DNA of 64,000 bases from an uncultured Alphaproteobacteria bacterium. Lineage in GTDB: Bacteria; Pseudomonadota; Alphaproteobacteria; HIMB59; GCA-002718135. The stretch is taken from contig CACNHX010000002.1 of assembly GCA_902620425.1 (NCBI GenBank), forward strand, positions 4,804-68,803, given 5' to 3'. The translations under genes were made by a program, and so were the position numbers. The notes under the pieces are model-generated. The model ran no database searches, was not told the DNA's origin, and worked only from the letters and a program-made list of their open reading frames with translations. Positions 29,121-39,098 of this stretch are shown piece by piece (position 1 is the stretch's first letter; every line of letters starts with the position of its first letter).

Positions 29121-30240
29121 TCTCTTGTTGGATATTAATTTTATAATCTTTTAAAATTTTAAAAAAATACATTATGTCTTCTGTTTTATGTGGTGCAGTT
29201 TTAACACCAAACTCAATTTTATTACCCATAATTAGATCAATCGCAGCTGATAAAGTAATCGATACAAGTTTGCCCATTGCAGTATTTTCGCCACTTCCTT
29301 TTTCATCTAGAAAATAAGAACTATCGAAAATTTTATTATCATTTTCAAAAGCTTTAAGTTTTACAGAAAGCACAACGCGATCTTCTTCCTCAGGTAAATA
29401 TTTATTATCTTTTAATAATTCTTCACTTTTTTTATTGATTTCAGATTCTATATTATCTGATTTTTTTTCAAGCATTAAAAAAATATCTTTCCATGCCTCT
29501 TTCCAACCATCAAGTCGCAAAGTTCCTCTTACGAACTCTTTGACTTTCCATTTCTCATCAAACAAGTATTCACTTACATATGGTGTTGAATCTCTGTTTG
29601 GATAAGCTTCAAAATTTTCACCAGATATTGAATAAGAACTAATAGATTTGTAAGGAGTTACAGTATTTATTTTACCTTTTGTTATATATTTTGCATTATT
29701 GTTTAAGGCTTTGATTACTCCAGCTGGAGACCAACTAAATTTATATTTGAAATCATTTGGAATTGCTGGAAAACCTCCACAATATGATTCATATACAACT
29801 TCTGTTTTTTCAGTCGAAATTTTTTTAAGATCACTGACAAGTAAATGAGAAAAAAAATGATCGATACCCGGATCTAAACCAACCTCATTGATAAATACTA
29901 AATTTTCTTTTTTTACATCTGAATTTAACATATTTATTTCTGGATTAAGGTAACTAGTAGATGCAAAGTGACATTTATGTTTTAAACAAAGTTCAGCTAT
30001 TTCTAAATGTTTGTTTGCTGGTAGTTGAGAAATAACAATATCACCTGGATTTGTTTCATTAAATAACAAATCAACATCATACTGTTTTGCGTTCACATTG
30101 TTTTTGTCTACGTGGTCAATGCTCTTTATAGCTTTGTCTAATGTTCTATTCCATACTGTAAAATTATCTAAATTTTTAGCTAATCTTCTAATTCCTGGTA
30201 TAGAAGATAATCCTGTTCCTATCCAATGTACATGTTTCAT
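29113..30240 (-). CDS. Saccharopine dehydrogenase (glutamate-forming) family
   Basis: NEVGLDPGIDH, SYCGG, YKFSWSP, EAYPNRDS, RGTLR, TAM.KLV. Confidence 0.9.
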   Translation of the reverse strand: MKHVHWIGTGLSSIPGIRRLAKNLDNFTVWNRTLDKAIKSIDHVDKNNVNAKQYDVDLLFNETNPGDIVISQLPANKHLEIAELCLKHKCHFASTSYLNPEINMLNSDVKKENLVFINEVGLDPGIDHFFSHLLVSDLKKISTEKTEVVYESYCGGFPAIPNDFKYKFSWSPAGVIKALNNNAKYITKGKINTVTPYKSISSYSISGENFEAYPNRDSTPYVSEYLFDEKWKVKEFVRGTLRLDGWKEAWKDIFLMLEKKSDNIESEINKKSEELLKDNKYLPEEEDRVVLSVKLKAFENDNKIFDSSYFLDEKGSGENTAMGKLVSITLSAAIDLIMGNKIEFGVKTAPHKTEDIMYFFKILKDYKINIQQENG

Positions 30241-30305
30241 AGTCTTATTTACTTTTATATTAAATTGTTTACTACATTAATGAAACTTAAAATACGGTAA
30301 TTTAT

Positions 30306-31115
30306 TTGACTTCAATAGTATTTATTTTTTTATTAACAGGTCTTGTCTCTGGTTTTATTGCAGGATTATTAGGAGTTGGAGGTGGAATAATAATTGTACC
30401 TGTAACTTACTTTATTTTACTTAATCTTGGTTACAGCTCTGAAATTGTCATGCATGTTGCTGTAGCATCTTCTCTTGGTGTAATTTGTTTTACTTCTATC
30501 TCTTCTATAAGATCCCACGTTAAGCTTAAAAATACAAATTTGATAATTGTAAAAAAATGGGCAATAGGAATAATAATAGGATCAATTATAGGTTCACTTG
30601 CAGCGAGTGCTATTTCAGGACAGAGTTTAGTTATTCTTTTTGTAATTCTGGCATTTTTGATTTCATTAAATATGCTGTTTCAACAAAACCCAATAGTTGT
30701 AAGTAACGATATACCATCATCTAATATAGTTAATTTTTTAATAAGCTCTTCTATTGGTTTTTTATCTGCAACCATTGGTATAGGTGGTGGAAGTTTTAGT
30801 GTTCCAACTTTAACAATGTTTTCGAAAAAGATTCATGAAGCAGTTGGTACTTCTGCTGTTTTTGGTTTTTTAATTGCTTTTCCAGGAACACTTACATTTA
30901 TGTATACTGGGTTAAATATAAATGAACTTCCCATTTATTCTCTTGGTTATGTAAATATTATAATAGTTTTTTTTATATCGCTAACTAGTATATTTACTGC
31001 GGGAATTGGTGCAAAAGTTTCATCAAATATAGATAAGTTAGTATTAAGAAAGATTTTTGCTTTTTTTTTGTTGTTAACTTGTGCTAGTCTAATTATTGAA
31101 CATTTTATAATTTAA
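30306..31115 (+). CDS. TauE/SafE-family sulfite exporter
   Basis: AGLLGVGGG..IVP and GIGGG..VP duplicated motifs, AVGTS. Confidence 0.88.
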   Translation: MTSIVFIFLLTGLVSGFIAGLLGVGGGIIIVPVTYFILLNLGYSSEIVMHVAVASSLGVICFTSISSIRSHVKLKNTNLIIVKKWAIGIIIGSIIGSLAASAISGQSLVILFVILAFLISLNMLFQQNPIVVSNDIPSSNIVNFLISSSIGFLSATIGIGGGSFSVPTLTMFSKKIHEAVGTSAVFGFLIAFPGTLTFMYTGLNINELPIYSLGYVNIIIVFFISLTSIFTAGIGAKVSSNIDKLVLRKIFAFFLLLTCASLIIEHFII

Positions 31116-32318
31116 ATGAATTTTGTTGCAGATAGACTAAGTAAAATAAAACCTTCAATGACCGTAGGTATAAATGTTAAAGCCAAAGCTTTGAAGGACG
31201 AGGGTAAAGATGTAATTGTTCTTGCAGCAGGTGAACCAGATTTTAACACACCAAAAAATATAAGAGATGCTGCTACAAAGGCAATGGAAGAGGGTAAAAC
31301 AAAATATGTACCAGGTAAAGGTACACCAGAATTACAAAAAACAATTCAGAAAAAATTCAGAGAAGATAATAATATTGATTATCAATTAGATGAAATCATG
31401 TGTGGTGTAGGAGGAAAACACATTATCTATAATGCCATGATGGCAACAATTAATCCAGGAGATGAAGTCATTATAACAGCTCCTTTTTGGGTAAGTTATC
31501 CAGATATTGTTTTATTAGCAGAAGGGAAGCCTGTGATAGTTAAGTGTCCTCAATCACAGAATTTTAAAATTACACCAGAACAACTTGAAAAAAATATAAA
31601 CTCTAAAACAAAATGGTTAATGTTAAATAGTCCTAGCAATCCAACTGGATCAGTTTATTCAAAAAAAGAGTTAGAAGACTTAGCACTTATCTTAAAAAAA
31701 TACCCTAATGTTCTTATAATGTGTGATGATATATACGAAAAAATTGTTTACGATGGAGTAGAATTTCATACACTTGCTTCTATTGATCCTTCACTGAAAG
31801 ACAGATGTTTGACACTAAACGGTGTTTCAAAATCATATTGTATGACAGGATGGAGACTTGGATATTGCGGAGCTCCAAAAGAGATTATTGCTGCTATGAA
31901 CAAAATACAATCTCAAAGCACAACATCAACTTCTTCAATTACAATGGCTGCTGCAGTTGAAGCAATAAGTGGTCCACAGGATTTTATAAACGATCATAAT
32001 AAAAAATTTTTGAAACGCAGAGATTTAGTATTGAATAAATTAAATGATATTGATGGAATTACATGTCAAAAACCTGAGGGAGCTTTTTACGTTTATCCAA
32101 ATTGCGAGGGAATAATTGGAAAACAGACACCAAATGGAAAACATATCTCCAATGATGAAGATTTCATGACATATCTTTTAGAAGATCAAGGTGTAGCAGG
32201 AGTTCATGGTGCAGCATTCGGTTTATCGCCTTATTTTAGATTATCTTATGCAACTAGTGATGCAATTCTGGAAGATGCGTGCAACAGAATCAAAGAAGCT
32301 TGTAATAAGCTTACTTAA
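31116..32318 (+). CDS. Class I PLP aminotransferase (aspartate aminotransferase)
   Basis: GEPDF, NSPSNPTG, DDIYE, SKSYCMTGWRLG, GAFY, RLSYA. Confidence 0.92.
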   Translation: MNFVADRLSKIKPSMTVGINVKAKALKDEGKDVIVLAAGEPDFNTPKNIRDAATKAMEEGKTKYVPGKGTPELQKTIQKKFREDNNIDYQLDEIMCGVGGKHIIYNAMMATINPGDEVIITAPFWVSYPDIVLLAEGKPVIVKCPQSQNFKITPEQLEKNINSKTKWLMLNSPSNPTGSVYSKKELEDLALILKKYPNVLIMCDDIYEKIVYDGVEFHTLASIDPSLKDRCLTLNGVSKSYCMTGWRLGYCGAPKEIIAAMNKIQSQSTTSTSSITMAAAVEAISGPQDFINDHNKKFLKRRDLVLNKLNDIDGITCQKPEGAFYVYPNCEGIIGKQTPNGKHISNDEDFMTYLLEDQGVAGVHGAAFGLSPYFRLSYATSDAILEDACNRIKEACNKLT

Positions 32319-33747
32319 GATCTTTATCAGCAATTATTTCAGCTAATCTAAGTAGATTAGTAGTGCCAGCACTTCCAAATGGAACACCAGCCGAGATAAC
32401 TACGTTATCTCCTGGTTTTACTAATTTTTTATTTTTAGCAATTGAACATGCAATATTAACCATATCTTGTGCATTTTGAGCATCTTCTTGAGTATGACAG
32501 GAGTTTACACCCCAGTATAATTGCATTTTTCTTGTAGTATTAATATTTGGAGATAAACCAACAATTTGAACTGGCGCTCTTTCTCTAGCCATTCTAGTCG
32601 TTGTTCTTCCACTTACAGAAAATGTAATTATTGCTTTTGCATCTGATTTTTTTGCAATTGAGTACGCTGCTAATGTTATTGCATCTGTATTATCAACATC
32701 ATCAATATTTTCTTGTATAATTCGTAAATCATAATTATTTTTATCGTTTTCAACATTTTCTATAATTTTATTCATCGTTATTACTACTTCCATTGGATGT
32801 GCTCCAACAGCAGATTCACCAGATAACATAACAGCATCTGCTCCATCGTAAATAGCATTTGCAACATCCGATGCTTCAGCTCTAGTTGGAACAAGATTTT
32901 CAATCATACTTTCAAGCATTTGTGTAGCAACAACAACTGGTTTACCAAAGTGCCTACATCTCTTAATAATATTTTTTTGAACTATAGGAACTTGTTCTGT
33001 TGGCATTTCAACACCCAAATCACCTCTGGCTATCATAATACCATCTGCAGCATTTATAATATCATCAATATTTTTTACTGCTGAAGGTTTTTCAATTTTT
33101 GCCATCACGAGTGCTTTATTGTTAATTATTTTTTTTAGTTTGAGAATATCCTCTGCTTGTTGCACGAAAGAAAGTGCAACCCAATCAACTCCCATATCTA
33201 ATGCCTTCATTAGATCAGATTTATCTTTTTTGGTAAGAGCGTCTATTGGAAGAATAATATCTGGAATATTTACACCTTTGTTATTTGAGATTTCAGCATC
33301 ATTTAAAACTTCTGTAATTAAACTATCTTTTTTTTGTTCAACAACTTGTAATCTAATCCTTCCATCATTTACTAATAAAATAGAATTAGGTGTTAAAAAA
33401 TCATATATTTCTTCATGGGGAAAGTTAACCCTATTATTATCTCCGGGTTCAGTTGAAAGATCTAGTATAAAATTTTGACCTTTAACTAAATTTTCTTTTG
33501 TATTCTTAAATTTACCCACTCTTAACTTGGGCCCTTGTAAGTCAGCTAATATGCATGATGCATGATTATATTTTTCTTCAAGAGATCTAATAGTTTCATA
33601 ATTTTTTCTATGAATTTCTAAATCACCATGTGAAAAATTTAATCTAAAAACATCACATCCTGCCACAAATAAATCTTCAATTATTTTTTTATCTGATGAT
33701 GCAGGTCCTAAGGTAGCTAAAATTTTAGCTTTTCTGTTACGTTTCAT
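32311..33747 (-). CDS. pyk: Pyruvate kinase
   Basis: KILATLGPAS, RLNFSHG, DLQGPKLR, AKIEK, MIARGDLGVE, ATQMLESM, MLSGESA. Confidence 0.97.
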   Translation of the reverse strand: MKRNRKAKILATLGPASSDKKIIEDLFVAGCDVFRLNFSHGDLEIHRKNYETIRSLEEKYNHASCILADLQGPKLRVGKFKNTKENLVKGQNFILDLSTEPGDNNRVNFPHEEIYDFLTPNSILLVNDGRIRLQVVEQKKDSLITEVLNDAEISNNKGVNIPDIILPIDALTKKDKSDLMKALDMGVDWVALSFVQQAEDILKLKKIINNKALVMAKIEKPSAVKNIDDIINAADGIMIARGDLGVEMPTEQVPIVQKNIIKRCRHFGKPVVVATQMLESMIENLVPTRAEASDVANAIYDGADAVMLSGESAVGAHPMEVVITMNKIIENVENDKNNYDLRIIQENIDDVDNTDAITLAAYSIAKKSDAKAIITFSVSGRTTTRMARERAPVQIVGLSPNINTTRKMQLYWGVNSCHTQEDAQNAQDMVNIACSIAKNKKLVKPGDNVVISAGVPFGSAGTTNLLRLAEIIADKDLK

Positions 33748-33800
33748 TGATTATTATATATATATCACAAAAAAAGATTTATATAATTTATTTACGTAAT

Positions 33801-34091
33801 ATGACCAAAAACTTTGATAGAGATTTACTTGCTGATGTTGCAGAAAGATTGATTCATCATCTAAAAAATAGAACAGATGTACAAAATATTGATTTAATGA
33901 ATTTGTCAGGTTTTTGCAGAAACTGTCTTTCAAAATGGTATGTTAGTGCTGCAGAGAAGAAAAATATTTCTATTTCATACGATGAAGCTCGAGAAATGAT
34001 TTATGGTATGCCATACGTAGAGTGGAAAACAAAATTTCAAAAAGAAATAACTCCTGAACAAAAAGAAAAGTTCGATAAAGGAAAAACTTAA
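33801..34091 (+). CDS. DUF1244-like conserved small protein
   Basis: HL..RTDVQNIDLMNLSGFCRNCLSKWY, YGMPY.EWK; ATG at 33801. Confidence 0.85.
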   Translation: MTKNFDRDLLADVAERLIHHLKNRTDVQNIDLMNLSGFCRNCLSKWYVSAAEKKNISISYDEAREMIYGMPYVEWKTKFQKEITPEQKEKFDKGKT

Positions 34092-35890
34092 TATAGTTTT
34101 TCTAAATTTTCTCCATACATCTCTTTTACTTTAAACCTTCTTACTTTCATGGAAGGAGTCATCATATTGTTTTCAATTGTAAACTCATGATCAATGAGAA
34201 TAAATTTTCTTATTTGTTCAATACTAGAGAGGCTTTTATTGACTTTATTTACAACTTCCTTCATCTTTTTATCAAATGAAGAATTTTGAATTATTTTATT
34301 TAAATCGCCTTCAACATTATTTTCTTTTGCCCATTCTAAAGCTAAATCTTTATTAGGAACCAGGATTGCTACTAAGTAATTTTTGAAATCTCCATATAAC
34401 ATTGATTGAGCAATTTCAGGTTCAATATCTAGTTTTGCCTCTATTCTTGAAGGAGAAATATTATCTCCACCAGCATTTACAATAATATCTTTTTTCCTAT
34501 CCGTTATTTTTAAATAATCTTCTTCATCAAATTCACCAATATCACCTGTATGTACCCACCCATCAATTATAGTTTTATTTGTTGACTCAGGATCATTCCA
34601 ATAACCATTCATAATTAGTTCACCACGTGCTAAAATTTCTCCATCTTCAGAAATTTTTACTTCATTTCCTTGAAGAACTTTTCCAACAGTATCTAATTTA
34701 ATTTTTTCAGGAGGGTTCGCAGAAATAACAGGAGCAGTTTCAGTTTGTCCGTAGCCTTGAAGTAGTGGAAGGCCAAGGGCGCTTAGGTATAATCCGACTT
34801 CGAAATTTAGTGCTGCGCCTCCGGATATCAATGCTCTGAGACTTCCACCAAATCTTTTCTTAACTTTTTTTCTTACTATCCTATCCATCAATCCATTCAT
34901 AAATCTTTCAGAGAAGCTCATTTGCTCACCAAAATATTTTTTCTTTCCTAGATTTAATGTAATTGCAAAGAAGCGTTGACTTAATTTACTTTGGTTTTTA
35001 AGACCTTGTGAAATACGTGTGTGTAAAGAGTCATAAAACCTTGGAACAGCTGTCATAAAATGTGGTGCTGCCTCAGCCATATTTACTAATAATTTATCTA
35101 TACTTTCAGCGTAATAGATTTGTGCGCCTTGCCCCATTTCTAAAAATTGTAAAGTATGCTCATATGAATGAGATAAAGGTAACCATGATAAATATCTAAT
35201 TTCTTTTGTTAAATCACTAGTAAGACTCTCAAGTAATTTATCACAGGAAGCACAGTTTCTCAGCATGGCTCCATGACTTAACATCACTCCTTTAGGGTTG
35301 CCTCCTGTACCTGATGTATAAATAATACAGGCTGTATCTTTTCTTTTAAAATTTTTTGATAAATTTTCTATTGCATTAGAATTTTTACTTTTTTCTAAAT
35401 TATCATTTATAATTTTGTTGTATGATAAAATATTTACAACTTCTGTATAAGTTTCATTATCATCATTAATTTTTATTACATTTTGACAATGTGAAATTTT
35501 TTCTATTGCAGGTAGAACTTTTTTCATTAATTCGTGTGATGATACGATGGCACATCTAGCACCAGAATGCTCAATAATATATTTATAGTCATTAGTTGTG
35601 CTTGTTGTATAAGCAGGCACTGAAATTGCTCCGATGGACATTATTGCTAAATCAGTGATTTGCCATTCAGGTCTATTTTCAGATAAAATTAATACTCTAT
35701 CTCCTTCTAAAATACCCAGATCTTTTAAGTATGTTGCTAAACTTTCGACTTGTTCTTTTACTTGTGACCAACTTAGAGAAACATATTTATCATTCTCTTT
35801 CTTCCATAAATATGGTTGATCTTTTAAATTATTTGCTTGATGATAAAATATATCCGGTATGCTATTAAAGTCGTCAAAATTAACAATCAT
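34088..35890 (-). CDS. Long-chain fatty-acid--CoA ligase (AMP-dependent synthetase)
   Basis: YTSGTGGNPKG, GYGQTE, TGDIG, DRKKD, TPSMKVRR; GGGAGG SD upstream. Confidence 0.92.
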   Translation of the reverse strand: MIVNFDDFNSIPDIFYHQANNLKDQPYLWKKENDKYVSLSWSQVKEQVESLATYLKDLGILEGDRVLILSENRPEWQITDLAIMSIGAISVPAYTTSTTNDYKYIIEHSGARCAIVSSHELMKKVLPAIEKISHCQNVIKINDDNETYTEVVNILSYNKIINDNLEKSKNSNAIENLSKNFKRKDTACIIYTSGTGGNPKGVMLSHGAMLRNCASCDKLLESLTSDLTKEIRYLSWLPLSHSYEHTLQFLEMGQGAQIYYAESIDKLLVNMAEAAPHFMTAVPRFYDSLHTRISQGLKNQSKLSQRFFAITLNLGKKKYFGEQMSFSERFMNGLMDRIVRKKVKKRFGGSLRALISGGAALNFEVGLYLSALGLPLLQGYGQTETAPVISANPPEKIKLDTVGKVLQGNEVKISEDGEILARGELIMNGYWNDPESTNKTIIDGWVHTGDIGEFDEEDYLKITDRKKDIIVNAGGDNISPSRIEAKLDIEPEIAQSMLYGDFKNYLVAILVPNKDLALEWAKENNVEGDLNKIIQNSSFDKKMKEVVNKVNKSLSSIEQIRKFILIDHEFTIENNMMTPSMKVRRFKVKEMYGENLEKLY

Positions 35891-35946
35891 GCTGTCTATC
35901 CTCCCTACAAAGCTTAGATATTAGACCTATATCGAATTAGTAAAAT

Positions 35947-37743
35947 ATGAAACAAAAAAATTATCAAAATTCAACAAAAAATTCCCTTGGTAAACTACCC
36001 ATTTGGAATTTAAAGGATTTGTATGAATCCCCAAAAGCGAAGAAGCTCAATAATGATTTAAGTAAGCTCAGAATATCGACTAAGAAATTTGAGAAAAAAT
36101 ACGCATCCAAAATCACCAAGATTAGTTCCAATCAACTTTTAAAAGCCATTATAGAGTTAGAGGAAATTGATACAAAAATAGATAAAATTATGTCTTATGC
36201 ACATTTATTAGTCGCAGAGGATGGTAACAATGAAAAGAATAAAATTTTTTATCAACAAATGCAGGAGCAAATAACAAATATTGCTTCCTCAATTGTCTTC
36301 TTTAGTCTTGAAATTAATGAGATTTCTGAAAAAAATTTAAAAAAAATTTATGCTGATAAAAAACTAAAGAATTATAAAAACTGGATAAAAAATATTCGAA
36401 AATTCAAACCTTATCAATTGGATGTTAAAACAGAAAAATTACTTCAAGAAAAAAGTATTACTTCTAGATCTGCCTGGGTTAGACTATTTGATGATACAAT
36501 TGCCTCACTTAAATTCCCCTTTAAGGGAAAAAATTTATCTAGTGCTGAAATTTTTAATTTTCTTTCTGATAAAAAAGAAGCAAATCGTAAAAAATCAGCT
36601 GAGGTAGTATCTGCTGTTTTAAAAGATAACATTAGTTTGTTTACATCTATTACTAATAATCTTGCAAAAGATAAATCAATCAATGATAAATGGAGAGGAT
36701 TGCCAAATCCAGTCAGTTCAAGAAATTTATCTAATGTTGTTGAAGATGAAGTTGTAGAAGCCTTAACTGAAACAATAAAAGAAAATTACCCAAAAATTGC
36801 TCATCGTTATTATAAAATAAAAACTAAATGGCTAAAAAAGAAATTCTTAATGTATTGGGACAGAAATGCACCTCTTCCTTTTCAATCACAGAGTATTTAT
36901 TCTTGGAAAGATGCAAGACAAATTGTAACTGATGCTTATTCAAATTTTGATAAGAGGGCAGGAAATATTGTAAATGAATTTTTTGATAATTCATGGATAC
37001 ACGCTCCAGTAATCCCAGGAAAATCTCCTGGTGCGTTTGCTGCTTCTACTGTTCCATCAGCTCATCCATTTATACTTGTTAATTATCAGGGTAAAGCAAG
37101 AGATATAGCAACTCTTGCTCATGAACTTGGACACGGGATTCATCAATATTTAGCAGGACGAAAACAAACTTATTTTAATTCTTCAACACCGTTAACACTT
37201 GCTGAAACAGCAAGTGTTTTTGGAGAAATGTTAACTTTTAAATCGCTTTTATCTATTACGACAAAAGAAAATGAACGTAAGGGGCTTTTAGCAAACAAAG
37301 TCGAAGATATGCTAAACACTGTTGTAAGGCAAATTGCTTTTTTTGAATTTGAAAAACGTATTCATAATCAAAGAAAAATCAAAGAACTAAGTGTTGACGA
37401 GATTTGTGAAATTTGGATTGATGTTCAAAAGAAAAGCTTAGGACCATCAATAAAATTTAATGATGATTATAAATATTTTTGGAGCTATATACCCCATTTT
37501 ATTCATTCACCATTTTATGTTTATGCATATGCTTTTGGTGATTGTCTTGTTAATTCTCTTTTTAATGTTTACGAGAGCAAACTACCTAAATTTGAAGACA
37601 AATACATTACTTTGTTAGAGAGTGGTGGTAGTGATACATATGATAAACTATTGAAACCTTTTGGGTTAAATCCCAAGAAAAAAGATTTTTGGCAAAAAGG
37701 AGTTAATGTTATTGAGAATCTGATTGACCAATTAGAAGAATAA
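35947..37743 (+). CDS. M3B oligoendopeptidase F
   Basis: WNL.DLY, Zn motif AHELGHG.H, AETAS.FGE, HF..SPFYVYAY. Confidence 0.92.
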   Translation: MKQKNYQNSTKNSLGKLPIWNLKDLYESPKAKKLNNDLSKLRISTKKFEKKYASKITKISSNQLLKAIIELEEIDTKIDKIMSYAHLLVAEDGNNEKNKIFYQQMQEQITNIASSIVFFSLEINEISEKNLKKIYADKKLKNYKNWIKNIRKFKPYQLDVKTEKLLQEKSITSRSAWVRLFDDTIASLKFPFKGKNLSSAEIFNFLSDKKEANRKKSAEVVSAVLKDNISLFTSITNNLAKDKSINDKWRGLPNPVSSRNLSNVVEDEVVEALTETIKENYPKIAHRYYKIKTKWLKKKFLMYWDRNAPLPFQSQSIYSWKDARQIVTDAYSNFDKRAGNIVNEFFDNSWIHAPVIPGKSPGAFAASTVPSAHPFILVNYQGKARDIATLAHELGHGIHQYLAGRKQTYFNSSTPLTLAETASVFGEMLTFKSLLSITTKENERKGLLANKVEDMLNTVVRQIAFFEFEKRIHNQRKIKELSVDEICEIWIDVQKKSLGPSIKFNDDYKYFWSYIPHFIHSPFYVYAYAFGDCLVNSLFNVYESKLPKFEDKYITLLESGGSDTYDKLLKPFGLNPKKKDFWQKGVNVIENLIDQLEE

Positions 37744-37748
37744 AATTG

Positions 37749-39092
37749 ATGAAAGATAAAGAAGCAAAATCCCTAACTAAACAACTTACCAGGTACGCTA
37801 AAGTTGGCGGAGTTGTTGGAAAATTAGCTACTAAACTTGCAAGTCAAAGATATTTAGGTGTTAAGTTAGATAAAGAAAAACATGCTTCAGAAATAAGAGC
37901 TGCTCTTGGAAGTATTAAAGGACCCTTGATGAAAGTGGCACAATTATCAGCAACCATACCTGACTTACTTCCTGATGAGTATGCACAAGAGCTTATGCAT
38001 TTACAGTCTAATGCACCTCCGATGGGATGGTTGTTTGTTAAAAGAAGAATGGCCGCAGAATTAAAACAAGACTGGCAAAAAAATTTTATTGAGTTTGATA
38101 AAGAAGCAACAAGAGCGGCATCTCTTGGACAAGTTCATAAAGCTAAAATACAAAATGATGATATAGTCGCCTGCAAACTCCAATACCCAGATATGGCTTC
38201 AGCAGTTAGTGCAGATCTTTCACAATTAAAAATGATTTTTTCAATTTATCAGTCTTATAATAAAGCGATTAAGACTGATGAAGTATATAAAGAAATTACT
38301 GACAGACTTAAAGAGGAGCTAGATTACGAAAGAGAAAAAAAATTAATGGCTGTATTTAGAAATATATTTTCAAATATTAATTTTGTTCATGTCCCAAAAA
38401 CCTATGATAAATTATCTACAAAAAGATTACTAACCATGAGCTGGTTAGATGGCGAGCCTATTTTGAATTTTAAAAAATCTCCTAAAGAAACAAGAAATAC
38501 TTTAGCGGCTAATATGTATAAAGCGTGGTACAAACCATTCTTTGAATACGGGGTGCTTCACGGAGATCCACATTTAGGAAATTATTCTGTACAAAAAAAA
38601 GACCTTAGTATTAATATATATGACTTTGGTTGTATGAGAATTTTTAATGGTAATTTCATTCAAGGTGTAATTGACTTATATTTTGCTCTTCAAGAAAAAG
38701 ACAATTCAAAGGCAGTTCATGCATATGAGCAATGGGGATTTACTGATATTACCAATGAGAAATTAAAAGTATTAAATAAATGGGCAGGATTTTTATATTC
38801 ACCTTTGATGGAAGATAAAGTTCAAAAAATACAAGAAAGCGATAGTGGTATATATGGAGCACAAATTGCATCTGAAGTTCATCAAGAACTTAAAAAACTA
38901 GGCGGTGTTAAACCTCCAAAAGAATTTGTGTTCATGGATAGAGCAGCAGTAGGACTAGGTTCAGTATTTATGCATTTAAAGGCTGAAGTTAATTGGTACA
39001 GAATATTCCATGAGCTCATTGAAGATTTTAACTCAAAAAAATTAATGAAAAACCAACAAAAAGCTTTAAATTTAGCTGACCTATCAATATAA
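37749..39092 (+). CDS. ABC1/UbiB/COQ8-family atypical kinase
   Basis: KG..MKVAQ, AASLGQVH, K.QYP, ELDY, HGDPH.GN, DFG. Confidence 0.9.
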   Translation: MKDKEAKSLTKQLTRYAKVGGVVGKLATKLASQRYLGVKLDKEKHASEIRAALGSIKGPLMKVAQLSATIPDLLPDEYAQELMHLQSNAPPMGWLFVKRRMAAELKQDWQKNFIEFDKEATRAASLGQVHKAKIQNDDIVACKLQYPDMASAVSADLSQLKMIFSIYQSYNKAIKTDEVYKEITDRLKEELDYEREKKLMAVFRNIFSNINFVHVPKTYDKLSTKRLLTMSWLDGEPILNFKKSPKETRNTLAANMYKAWYKPFFEYGVLHGDPHLGNYSVQKKDLSINIYDFGCMRIFNGNFIQGVIDLYFALQEKDNSKAVHAYEQWGFTDITNEKLKVLNKWAGFLYSPLMEDKVQKIQESDSGIYGAQIASEVHQELKKLGGVKPPKEFVFMDRAAVGLGSVFMHLKAEVNWYRIFHELIEDFNSKKLMKNQQKALNLADLSI

Positions 39093-39098
39093 GAACTC

